From a bacterium (GTDB lineage Bacteria > Muiribacteriota > UBA9980), in the NCBI GenBank assembly GCA_029571125.1, contig JAKPTH010000283.1:1-50963 (forward strand): 50,963 nucleotides of DNA, given 5' to 3'. The translations under genes were made by a program, and so were the position numbers. The notes under the pieces are model-generated. The model made no database searches, was not told where the DNA came from, and saw only the letters and a program-made list of their open reading frames with translations. This document shows positions 9,302-18,267 of the stretch, one piece after another. The first letter of the stretch is position 1. Each line of letters opens with the position of its first letter.

Positions 9302-9330
9302 ATTATAATTGTTTTTATTATAATTGTCAA
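9302..9330 (-). promoter_or_regulatory. Consensus sigma70 promoter for the solute-binding protein gene and probably the paralogue cluster
   Basis: Minus-strand TTGACA (9330-9325), 17 bp, TATAAT (9307-9302). Confidence 0.75.
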
Positions 9331-9354
9331 CCTTTAGTTTGACTTTGGCCGACT

Positions 9355-12300
9355 TTATTTTTTGGAATCGGATACCCCCGAAGAGCTTAAAAGTTTGAGC
9401 GCCGATATTATCGTCTGGACAAGGTTATCGCCTTTCATATCCGCCTTCACCAGATACAGGATAGTTATTTCCTCCTCGTGGGCGAAACTGACGCTCGAAC
9501 CGAATTTTTTGCGCAGCGTTTCGACTGAGGCCGGCTCTATCTGCCCGGCGTTTTGAAACTTGATGATTATGTGCTTCTTTTCCTCCTTGACCGAAATCGC
9601 TTTAAGCGCGCGGCCGAGGATTTTTATTTTAACTATCTGGAAAAGGTTGTACACCTGTTCGGGATATTTTCCGAACCGGTCGATCAGCTCGTCGTTCAAC
9701 TCGCTGAGTTCTTCAAAACCCGCCGCCGCGACCATTCTTTTATACACGTCTATTTTTTGATAAGTGGAAGTGATATAATTGGTCGGAATATAAGCGTTGG
9801 TATTTATCTCTATTTCGCAGTCGGATTCGACCTTCTGATCTATCGATTCGCCTTTTATCTTTTTGATTTCCTCTTCTAAGAGCCTGCAGTAAAGCTCGAA
9901 GCCTATGGTGCAGATATGGCCGTGCTGCTCATGGCCGAGAAGATTTCCCGCGCCCCTTATTTCAAGGTCGCGCATGGCGATTTTATAACCCGAACCGAGT
10001 TCCGAAAATTCCTTCATAGCCTGGAGGCGCTTTTTAGCTATATGGCTCAATATAGATTCATGCGGGAAGAAAAAATACGCGTACGCCTGATTTTTAGCCC
10101 TTCCCACGCGGCCCCTCAGCTGATAAAGCTGGGAAAGTCCGAAGGTGTCCGCGCGCTCTATAATTATCGTGTTTACGTTAGATATGTCGAGGCCGTTTTC
10201 TATAATGGTCGTCGAAACGAGCACGTCGAACTCGCGGTCGTAGAAATCCACCATTATCTTTTCTAGCTGCTTTTCGTCCATCTGGCCGTGCGCGAACCTC
10301 ACGCGGGCGCCCGGCACAAGGGCCGAAATCTTGCTCACTACGCTGCTTATGGTATCGATGCGGTTATGCACGTAATACACCTGGCCGCGCCTCATCAGTT
10401 CTCTGGTTATAGCCTCGCGCACCACGTCTTCGGAATATCTTAAAACGAAAGTTTTTACTGGAAGGCGTTCCGCCGGCGGCGTGTTTATAGTTGAAATATC
10501 GCGCGAACCGACGAGCGACATGTAAAGCGTGCGGGGAATCGGCGTAGCCGTTAATGTAAGCACGTCCACGTGGTTTTTAAGTTCCTTAAGCCTTTCCTTG
10601 TGTTTCACGCCGAAACGCTGTTCTTCGTCAACTATAAGAAGCCCGAGGTCCTTAAAACCCATATCTTTCTGTATAATGCGGTGCGTGCCAACGACCACGT
10701 CCACCTTGCCCTCTTTCAGTTTTTCGACGGTCTCCTTCTGCTCGGCCTTGCTTCTGAAACGCGACAGAAGCTCGACAGTGACGGGATACGACGCGAACCG
10801 CGAAGTGAGCGTGTTATAATGCTGCATGGCAAGTATGGTTGTCGGCGCAAGAAAGGCGACCTGTTTTCCGTCCATGCACGCTTTAAAAGCGGCCCTGATG
10901 GCGACTTCCGTTTTGCCGAAGCCCACGTCGCCGCATATAAGGCGGTCCATTGGTTTTTCGCTCTCCATGTCGCATTTGACCTCGATGATGGAATTCTGCT
11001 GGTCCGAAGTTTCCTTATACGGGAAAGACTCTTCGAACTGACGCATCAGATCGTTGTCGAGATTGAACTTATGCCCTTGGGCTATGGAGCGGCGCGCGTA
11101 AAGCGTAACCAGATAAGCGGCCAGTTTTTCGATGGACTTACGGGCGGTGGCCTTCTGGCGCTTCCATGAAGACTCGTCGAGCTTTCCTATTTTAGGCTCG
11201 GCTCCGTCGAGGGCTATATATTTATGGAGCATCGAAAGCGCGTCCACGGGGACGTATAGCTTATCGGTGTCGGCGTATTCCAGCAGCAGATAGTCGGCCT
11301 CGCGTCCTCCGGCCGAAAGGAGCGTGATGCCCCGGTAAACGCCTATTCCGTAATTTACGTGCACCACGTAATCGCCGTCGGAAAGTTCGAGATGCGAAGA
11401 AATTTTGCGGTAGCGGTTTTTCGCCTTCGCTTTGACGTCGAGCTCCACCTGTTTGTCGTAGATCGGCTGGTGCTCGCCGTAGGCTTCGTAACTGGAAAAA
11501 AACGCTATGTTTTCGTCGTTATATATAAACCCTTCGTGAAGGTAGCCTTCGTTGACATAAACGGTTTTGCGCGCGGGCGGCGACGAAAGGAAATCGTCGT
11601 TTACCACGACGGCGAGCTTCATCGACGATAAAACCTCCACCATACGACCTATCTGGCCGGCGGTAGGCAGCATCATCACGACGGTGTTCGCCCTTTCTAT
11701 AAGTTCGCCGACCTTACTCATGAACTGGTTGAATTTCCCCTGAAACCTCGGAAGCGCCGAGACGTTGAAATCGAATATCAAATGCCCCGGCTCTTTAAGG
11801 TCTATCGCGTCATAGGCGCTCATATCGATTTTAACGGTCGCATTGTTATGTTCGATGTCTTTAATTATTATATCGGGATGTTTGTAATAATGATCGGGCG
11901 CGAGCGAATAAATATCTTCGGCTTTATTTTCTTCGTAAAGCTTTTCGACTTTCTTCAAAAATTCCGCGCCTTCGTTCACCGCGTCTTCTTTTGAATAATA
12001 AAATACGCAGTATTTATGGACATACTTATTAAGGTAGTCCACCAGGGTCGGCATCGAATAATCGTACATGAAAGGCGCGTATCGCTCTATATTGGCCACC
12101 CTGACGCCGTCGGCGATCTGGCCGGCCTCGTGCGACTGGGGAACGCGCGATATCTTATTCATGTTGGCGTACATGGATTCGATCTCTTTTTTACCGAAAA
12201 TATATTCGCTGGCCGGAAGCACGTATACTTCGCTTATCTGCTCTATAGCGCGCTGGTCTTCTATATTGAAGGTTTTGATCGAATCCACCGTGTCGCCGAA

Positions 12301-12984
12301 AAAATCCAGCCTCACCGGGTTTCGGTGCCCCGGAACGAATATGTCCAGTATTCCGCCCCTCACAGCGAACTGTGCGAGGTCAATAACCGGGTCTTCGGCC
12401 GTGTAGCCGGCTTCGGACAGGCAGTTGACCAGTTTTTCTATATCGAGCGTATCGTTTTTAGATATTTTGATTCCGGCGTTCTCTATGGCCGTGTAAGGCC
12501 CGCATTTCTGCATGAGGCCCGTAACGGGGGCCACTATGAATAATTTTTTAGGCGTCGGGCCTTTATTTTTTCCGGCGGCCGCTCCGCCGTAATCCACGAC
12601 GCTTTTGAGAGTGGATATCCTGTCCGACATGAGGTTTTGAGATGGGGAAAGAAATTCGTATGCCGACCATTCGAGAGACGAAAAAAGGCAGACCTTATAA
12701 TCAGGAGCCTGCGAGCCGTTGCGCGCGGAGGCGGAAAGGCGGCTTTTCATAAGAGTTTCGATCTGATAGCACGCCCGTTCCGCGCTGTCCTGACAAGGAG
12801 TAACTATCAGAAAAACTTGATAATTGGAAAATTCAGGGCCGTTTAATTCCGCCGCCAGCCGGTTGATTATGAACGCGCCCATATTTTCGCCGGCGCCCGT
12901 GAGAGTGATTTTACCGGCTTTGGTCTGCTTTATCTTTCCTATGAGACCGTCGAATAATTTATTACCTATTTTTTCCCCAGCCAT
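9355..12984 (-). CDS. mfd: Transcription-repair coupling factor
   Basis: FAVRGGILDIF, GDYVVHVNYGIG (CarD/RID), MDRLICGDVGFGKTEVA, DEEQRFGV, TATPIPRT, QLRGRVGR, RDLEIRGAGNLLG, TRCF C-terminus; start at ATG 12984 after GAGG. Confidence 0.97.
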   Translation of the reverse strand: MAGEKIGNKLFDGLIGKIKQTKAGKITLTGAGENMGAFIINRLAAELNGPEFSNYQVFLIVTPCQDSAERACYQIETLMKSRLSASARNGSQAPDYKVCLFSSLEWSAYEFLSPSQNLMSDRISTLKSVVDYGGAAAGKNKGPTPKKLFIVAPVTGLMQKCGPYTAIENAGIKISKNDTLDIEKLVNCLSEAGYTAEDPVIDLAQFAVRGGILDIFVPGHRNPVRLDFFGDTVDSIKTFNIEDQRAIEQISEVYVLPASEYIFGKKEIESMYANMNKISRVPQSHEAGQIADGVRVANIERYAPFMYDYSMPTLVDYLNKYVHKYCVFYYSKEDAVNEGAEFLKKVEKLYEENKAEDIYSLAPDHYYKHPDIIIKDIEHNNATVKIDMSAYDAIDLKEPGHLIFDFNVSALPRFQGKFNQFMSKVGELIERANTVVMMLPTAGQIGRMVEVLSSMKLAVVVNDDFLSSPPARKTVYVNEGYLHEGFIYNDENIAFFSSYEAYGEHQPIYDKQVELDVKAKAKNRYRKISSHLELSDGDYVVHVNYGIGVYRGITLLSAGGREADYLLLEYADTDKLYVPVDALSMLHKYIALDGAEPKIGKLDESSWKRQKATARKSIEKLAAYLVTLYARRSIAQGHKFNLDNDLMRQFEESFPYKETSDQQNSIIEVKCDMESEKPMDRLICGDVGFGKTEVAIRAAFKACMDGKQVAFLAPTTILAMQHYNTLTSRFASYPVTVELLSRFRSKAEQKETVEKLKEGKVDVVVGTHRIIQKDMGFKDLGLLIVDEEQRFGVKHKERLKELKNHVDVLTLTATPIPRTLYMSLVGSRDISTINTPPAERLPVKTFVLRYSEDVVREAITRELMRRGQVYYVHNRIDTISSVVSKISALVPGARVRFAHGQMDEKQLEKIMVDFYDREFDVLVSTTIIENGLDISNVNTIIIERADTFGLSQLYQLRGRVGRAKNQAYAYFFFPHESILSHIAKKRLQAMKEFSELGSGYKIAMRDLEIRGAGNLLGHEQHGHICTIGFELYCRLLEEEIKKIKGESIDQKVESDCEIEINTNAYIPTNYITSTYQKIDVYKRMVAAAGFEELSELNDELIDRFGKYPEQVYNLFQIVKIKILGRALKAISVKEEKKHIIIKFQNAGQIEPASVETLRKKFGSSVSFAHEEEITILYLVKADMKGDNLVQTIISALKLLSSSGVSDSKK

Positions 12985-13766
12985 TTTAACGCCTCGCTGA
13001 ATAAAACGTAAACTATATATTTTGGTATATTTAACATCCTCGATATTCTCGAAGGCTGCTGCATAAGCCTGTAAAGCCATTCGAGATATAACTTCTGCAT
13101 AAAAACGGGGGCGCGCTTGAGAGCGCCCGACAATACGTCGAAAGTGCCTCCTACGCCCATCAAAACGCAGCCTTTTACGAACGGTTTCAAATCTTCGATG
13201 AACTTTTCCTGCGCGGGATTTCCGAGAGCGATAAGCGCTATGTCGGGTTTGAATCCGGAAAGCTTTTCGATGATGGAAACGCGCTGCGCCGCGGTAAAAT
13301 ATCCGTGATGAAAAAAAGTTTCGCCTATCCCCCGGTAATCAGATAAAACCGACGTTTCGAGCTTCGATATGACTTCGGGGCGGGCCCCTATGAAAGCCGC
13401 TCTATATCCGCGCGCCGCCGCTTCCTTCAAAAGCCTCGCGCTCAGATCGACCCCGCTGACCTTGTTTTTAACGGCGCGCCCGCCCTTGATCTTAGAAAGC
13501 ATTTTAAGCCCCGCGCCGTCGCATGTGATAATTTCCGCGCCCGAGATGATCGAGCTGTAACGCTCGTCGAAAATACTGTTATACGCGCCGAGTATGTCGA
13601 GCGTAACTATGAAAAGGTTTCCTTTTTTTTCATTTATTATGATATTTGAATATTCGATTATTTCTTCGAACGAAAGATCGTCGAGCTCTATATTGGCGAT
13701 AGCGAGCCTGGGGCGGCCGAAGTAATCGCGCGGCGCCGCCGGGCCCGAGATGGCGTTTGCGTTCAT
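12966..13766 (-). CDS. WecB/TagA/CpsF family glycosyltransferase
   Basis: CDGAG, VSGVDL, HHGYF, ALGNPAQEKF, GVGGTFDVLSG..KRAP..MQKLYLEWLYRL. Confidence 0.93.
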   Translation of the reverse strand: MNANAISGPAAPRDYFGRPRLAIANIELDDLSFEEIIEYSNIIINEKKGNLFIVTLDILGAYNSIFDERYSSIISGAEIITCDGAGLKMLSKIKGGRAVKNKVSGVDLSARLLKEAAARGYRAAFIGARPEVISKLETSVLSDYRGIGETFFHHGYFTAAQRVSIIEKLSGFKPDIALIALGNPAQEKFIEDLKPFVKGCVLMGVGGTFDVLSGALKRAPVFMQKLYLEWLYRLMQQPSRISRMLNIPKYIVYVLFSEALKWLGKK

Positions 13767-13775
13767 AAGCCGCGC

Positions 13776-14429
13776 CTACCTTAAAGCGCCTATAGCGCTC
13801 TTGTAATCGGGCTTTGAAAACACCGACGAACCGGCCACCAGAACGTCCGCGCCGGCCGCGATGACGATATCCTTATTTTCGGCCGTTATGCCGCCGTCCA
13901 CCTGTATGTGTATATCGCGCTTATGTTCGAAGGCAATTCGCTTTACGCGCCTGATTTTTTCCGCGGCCGATTCTATGAATTTCTGCCCGCCGAAACCCGG
14001 ATTCACGCTCATTATTAAAACTAGATCGACGGCATGCATTATATATTCGAGTGGCTCAAGGCCGCTATGCGGATTGAAAGAAATTCCGGCTTTTTTGCCG
14101 AGCGAACGGATATGCGAAAGGAGCCGTTCGAGATGAAAACTCGCCTCGGCGTGCACCGTTATTATATCGGCGCCTGCAGCGGCGAATTTATCCACGAACT
14201 GCTCGGGATTCGTTATCATCAAATGACAATCGATAGGTATTTTAGTTATTTTCGATATTGAATTTAAAACGGGAAGCCCGAAAGATATATTCGGCACGAA
14301 GTGGCCGTCCATGACGTCGAGATGGATCCAGTCCGCCCCGGCTTTCGTAACGCTTTCTATTTCGGCGCCAAGTTTATTGAAGTCGGCCGACAGTATCGAC
14401 GGCGCTATTAATACGCTCTTTTCAGGCAT
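13776..14429 (-). CDS. rpe: Ribulose-phosphate 3-epimerase
   Basis: IAPSILSADF, HLDVMDGHFVPN, MSVNPGFGGQKF, VDGG. Confidence 0.98.
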   Translation of the reverse strand: MPEKSVLIAPSILSADFNKLGAEIESVTKAGADWIHLDVMDGHFVPNISFGLPVLNSISKITKIPIDCHLMITNPEQFVDKFAAAGADIITVHAEASFHLERLLSHIRSLGKKAGISFNPHSGLEPLEYIMHAVDLVLIMSVNPGFGGQKFIESAAEKIRRVKRIAFEHKRDIHIQVDGGITAENKDIVIAAGADVLVAGSSVFSKPDYKSAIGALR

Positions 14430-14578
14430 TTTTCCGCTCCGTTCATTTTTTTCTTTTCAGCCGGCGAGGCTTAAGGGCCGGCCGGATAAAAAAACGAAAT
14501 AGCGGATAAAGCCCGCAGACCGATTCAGCCGCCGCGCTAAAGCGAGGATGAAAAGCCCGCTAAAAAGCCGATTTTATT

Positions 14579-15847
14579 TTACCAGAAAACGTAAAGAAGA
14601 AAACTTAAAAATCCCGCTATTACGAATAACATACTATACCAGAAATTAGCTATTTTTGCAAGTACGCTTTTCGCCCCCGCGGTTTTTTTATTGTTCCACA
14701 TCTCGCCGGCTTCTTTTCTGCCGGAAGCTTTAGTATTAAAGTTTTTCAAGCCTGTTTCGGATACCTGATTTTCAGCCGCGTTAATTTCGCCATCCGCCGC
14801 CGCGCTTTTCTTTCCGAATAAAATGGCGTAAGCGTCGCCGTCGTTTTCGGCCTGAAACCTGGTTGCGGCGCCCGGAGCGTTATTGGCAGAATCGGACGCG
14901 GCCGGCTTTTTTTCCGGGCCTCCGAAGGAAGGTATTTTAATATCTATGAAATTTTCGCCGGCCTTATTTTTAGCGCCGTCGGCTTTGCGCGGCGCGTGAG
15001 GCGTTTCTTCTGCCTGTTTCATGAATTTAGAAGGATCGACCTGCATGGAAGACAGGACGTCGGTTTTGTTTATCTGGTCCGAAACGAATTTTACGAGAGC
15101 GTCGAGAAGCTCGTCTATGGACTGATACCTCGAGGAAATATCGCTGGTGACGCATTTGAATATTATATTTTTAATAGCTTCGAGCTGCTGCGGCCCTATA
15201 TTTTTAACGTTGTCCGAATCGAGCCTGAAATCCTTCACCACTCTCATATTTCTAACGCTCAGCCCGTCCGCCTCGAACAGGGGCTTATGGGTAAGAAGCT
15301 CGTAAAAAAGGCATCCCGTAAAGAAAATATCGGAGCCCACGGAGGAAATTTTATTTTCAAAATCCTTGTTGGATATGACGTCGCGCGGTATGTGGAACTG
15401 AAGTATCTTTATCTTGCCGCTAGCCTGATAAATTATATCGGAATATGTAAGCGAACGGTATTTCACGTTTTCGCGCAGCGCCTGCCCGAAAGCTCTGGTG
15501 AGCTGGGTTATGATATTGATTATCTGGGCCAGAGAAAGCTTTTCGCGTTCCTTTAAAATGGCGTGCAGGCTCTTTCCTTCGACATGCTCGGAGGCCACGA
15601 AGAAAACGTCCTGGTAAAAATCTATGTCGTATATTTTCAAAAACAGCGGCGAATCGAGCGCGGCCATAGTCTGGAACTCCTGAGTATAGCGCTGGACGAA
15701 ATCGGGATTTTTAAGGCGCCTCTGCTTTAAAGTCCTTATATTGATGTTCACTACCGGCTCTTTCACTGTCTGCGCGAGAAAAAGCATCACTTTTTCGTCT
15801 TCGTCTATCTTTTCGAGCAGTTTATATTTATCTTTCAGCAGTTTCAT
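14579..15847 (-). CDS. Hanks-type Ser/Thr kinase-fold protein, predicted catalytically inactive (pseudokinase), with C-terminal membrane anchor
   Basis: Aligns by eye with the PrkC/PknB kinase domain (KYKLLEKI, FVQRYTQE, IYDI, EHVEGKSL, GKIKI, SDIFFTGCLFYELLT, RYQSIDEL), but the Gly-loop, VAIK lysine, HRD..N and DFG are all replaced. It ends in a single hydrophobic helix. Confidence 0.85.
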   Translation of the reverse strand: MKLLKDKYKLLEKIDEDEKVMLFLAQTVKEPVVNINIRTLKQRRLKNPDFVQRYTQEFQTMAALDSPLFLKIYDIDFYQDVFFVASEHVEGKSLHAILKEREKLSLAQIINIITQLTRAFGQALRENVKYRSLTYSDIIYQASGKIKILQFHIPRDVISNKDFENKISSVGSDIFFTGCLFYELLTHKPLFEADGLSVRNMRVVKDFRLDSDNVKNIGPQQLEAIKNIIFKCVTSDISSRYQSIDELLDALVKFVSDQINKTDVLSSMQVDPSKFMKQAEETPHAPRKADGAKNKAGENFIDIKIPSFGGPEKKPAASDSANNAPGAATRFQAENDGDAYAILFGKKSAAADGEINAAENQVSETGLKNFNTKASGRKEAGEMWNNKKTAGAKSVLAKIANFWYSMLFVIAGFLSFLLYVFW

Positions 15848-17052
15848 CTTTTAACACCTACCTCTATATCTTTAAAGAAAACGTTGTCCAGATAAACGAG
15901 CACTTTCATCGCTCCGTAACCGTTGACGCTCAGGTCTATCTCTTCGCCGGGGTAATGAGGGTTCTTATAAATCTCGCGCGGCCCCATGTCGTCAAGCAGA
16001 ACCATCTTGACTTCACGGCTTTTCTGGCCGGGAGGGACTATGAATTTGATGATTTCGACTTTTTTTACCGCGTCGCCGCTTCCGGCTTCGACCAGGGGTT
16101 TAGCCGCGGCGGCCGGGGCTTCGGCGGTCTTTTCGCCGCGGGTTTCGATCAATGGAAGCGGAGCTTCCTTGCTGCCGGCGTCTATTTTAATCACGTTGCT
16201 TTCGCTGGATTCCATTTTAACGCCGTCCGTTTTTATTATTACCGCGTCCTTGTTTTCTTCGGGCTTCGCGGCGTCGGAATTTTCGCATACTATGAAATTG
16301 ACCGGAGTTTTATCGGCGACGCCGCTTCCTGCGGCGGGTTCCTGGGCCAGAACGATTCCCGAAGCAGTGCCTTCTTTTTTCTCGTATCCTATCTTGCCGA
16401 GGTCGAGGTTAATTTTGCTCAAAACGATCTTTACGGCCTCGATGCGCCTGCCTATGAAATTAGGCATTTTAACGGTCGAATTGGCCTTGCCCTGCGATAC
16501 CAGAAGGTCTATCTGGGCGCCTTTCGGCGCGGGCTTGCCGCCTTCGGGCGTCTGTGAAATTACCGTATCCACCGCAACGCTTTCCGAAAATATATACGAT
16601 TTTTTGCCTATCAAAAAGCCTTCTTTTTGTATAATGAACGCCACGTCGCGCAGGTCTTTTCCCGTGATATCCGGGCAGTCTATGGTTTTAGCGCCGAGCG
16701 AAAGTATTACTTCCATCACGCGGTTGGCTTTTACTATGGTGTCGGGAGGCGGATCCTGGGTTATGATGCAGCCTTCGGGAATGTTGTTGTCGTGCTTTTT
16801 ATCCTTTATGTCCAGCTGCAGCTTGCACTGCTTGCAAAGCTCGAACGCGTCCTCGATGCGCACCGGCATTCCGTCCTGCGAAACCAGGTTCGGCACCTTG
16901 GTCTCCTCCTTGTTGAAAAAGGAGTTCATCATTTTAATCGAATACATTTTAGCGAACTGGAAAAGTATCACGAAAAATATTATGAATATCAAAAATTTTA
17001 ATAACGCGATAAGAATATTTCCTTTTACCGCTCTGGATTGTGTGAATCGCAT
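15844..17052 (-). CDS. Membrane-anchored PASTA-domain protein (three PASTA repeats plus C-terminal beta domain)
   Basis: N-terminal TM; repeats VPNL..IITQDPPP..V, CPDITG..VISQTPEGG..IDLLVS, MPNFIG..VLAQEPAAG..VNFIV; ATGA overlap with the pseudokinase gene. Confidence 0.92.
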   Translation of the reverse strand: MRFTQSRAVKGNILIALLKFLIFIIFFVILFQFAKMYSIKMMNSFFNKEETKVPNLVSQDGMPVRIEDAFELCKQCKLQLDIKDKKHDNNIPEGCIITQDPPPDTIVKANRVMEVILSLGAKTIDCPDITGKDLRDVAFIIQKEGFLIGKKSYIFSESVAVDTVISQTPEGGKPAPKGAQIDLLVSQGKANSTVKMPNFIGRRIEAVKIVLSKINLDLGKIGYEKKEGTASGIVLAQEPAAGSGVADKTPVNFIVCENSDAAKPEENKDAVIIKTDGVKMESSESNVIKIDAGSKEAPLPLIETRGEKTAEAPAAAAKPLVEAGSGDAVKKVEIIKFIVPPGQKSREVKMVLLDDMGPREIYKNPHYPGEEIDLSVNGYGAMKVLVYLDNVFFKDIEVGVKR

Positions 17053-17147
17053 CGTATATATCCTCCCGATTATTTCGCGTTCGATAAATTTATTATTACT
17101 CTATACTTTTTAAAACAGTCGTTTAAATAATTAAGCGCAGCGGCCCG

Positions 17148-18227
17148 TCAAATGTTTTCGCCGTCGGCGCGGGCTCTTTTCATTTCCCTGTACAGCATTC
17201 CGCAGGCCGCGTTGATGTCCTGCCCGCGTGAACTTCTTACAGTGGCGTTGATTCCCGATCTTACCAGGATGTTTTTGAATTCGGATATTTTGCTTTTCAA
17301 AGGAGCCGAAAATCCGCCTTCGGTCTTATTCATGGGTATCAAATTAACATGGCACAATGTGTTTTTCAATAATTCAGCCAGTTTAACGGCGTCCGATTTT
17401 TTATCGTTGACATTATCTATGAGCACGTATTCTATGGTAACCCGCCTTCCGGTCGTCCTCGCGTAAGTCTTAACCGCATCCATAAGGCATTTTATATTAT
17501 ACTTGCGGTTGAGGGGAACGAGCTTATCCCTGAGCGCGTCCGCAGGAGCATGCAATGAAAGGGCCAGCGTTATGGGCATATTTTCGTTCATGAGCTTTTT
17601 AATCATCGGCGCCACGCCTGCCGTCGAAACCGTTATTTTACGCATGGATACGTTGAAAGCTTTCGGGCAGTTGATTATTTTAACCGATTTTACGACGTTG
17701 TCATAGTTTAAAAGCGGCTCGCCCATGCCCATATATACTACGTTAGAAAGACCTTCCGCGGATCCTTCCGCGTCGAAAGCCGCCGCGAGAACCTGCCCCG
17801 TTATTTCGGCGGCGCTTAAATTTCTTATGAACCCCATTTTAGCCGTCTGGCAGAACGCGCAATTTACGGGACATCCAACCTGGGTTGAAACGCAAACTGT
17901 ATATTTGTCGAGTTTTTCCGAATCATATATTTTAACGGCTTCTATAACGTTTCCATCGGCAAGAGAAAGAGCATATTTTACGGCCATTTTATCGCCGGCA
18001 ACCGATTTGCGCTCCACGCGGCACGTTTCGGCGCTAAAACGCACGGCCAGCCTGGCCCTCAATTGGGAAGGTATATCCGTCATGCCCGCAAAATCGCGAA
18101 CGCCCGCATTAAAAACCCATCCGTAAATCTGCCTGGCGCGGAAAGCTTTTTCTCCCATCTCCTCGATAAGACTTTCGAACTCGTTCAACTCCAGGCCGCA
18201 TATATCTATTTTCTTTTCTTCGTTCAT
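17148..18227 (-). CDS. rlmN: 23S rRNA (A2503) C2-methyltransferase RlmN
   Basis: CVSTQVGCPVNCAFC, MGMGEP, SLHA, VNLIPMN, RGQDINAACG; start probably ATG 18227. Confidence 0.96.
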   Translation of the reverse strand: MNEEKKIDICGLELNEFESLIEEMGEKAFRARQIYGWVFNAGVRDFAGMTDIPSQLRARLAVRFSAETCRVERKSVAGDKMAVKYALSLADGNVIEAVKIYDSEKLDKYTVCVSTQVGCPVNCAFCQTAKMGFIRNLSAAEITGQVLAAAFDAEGSAEGLSNVVYMGMGEPLLNYDNVVKSVKIINCPKAFNVSMRKITVSTAGVAPMIKKLMNENMPITLALSLHAPADALRDKLVPLNRKYNIKCLMDAVKTYARTTGRRVTIEYVLIDNVNDKKSDAVKLAELLKNTLCHVNLIPMNKTEGGFSAPLKSKISEFKNILVRSGINATVRSSRGQDINAACGMLYREMKRARADGENI

Positions 18228-18267
18228 AAATTTCTTTCCGCCGCTACGGCCTCTAAAAATAAATATT

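Noticed and set aside
12985-13080. N-terminal extension of mfd given in the ORF track
   Set aside because: It overlaps the tagA-like gene; ATG 12984 has a GAGG RBS and is the more plausible start.
14430-14578. Short repeats GGAT(G)AAA(A)GCCCGC between the pseudokinase and rpe as a regulatory RNA or rsgA remnant
   Set aside because: Only two loose copies, no convincing fold and no recognisable GTPase coding remnant.
15955-17113. Long plus-strand ORFs (375 aa and 200 aa) opposite the PASTA gene
   Set aside because: Antisense shadows of a well-supported gene, with no motifs.
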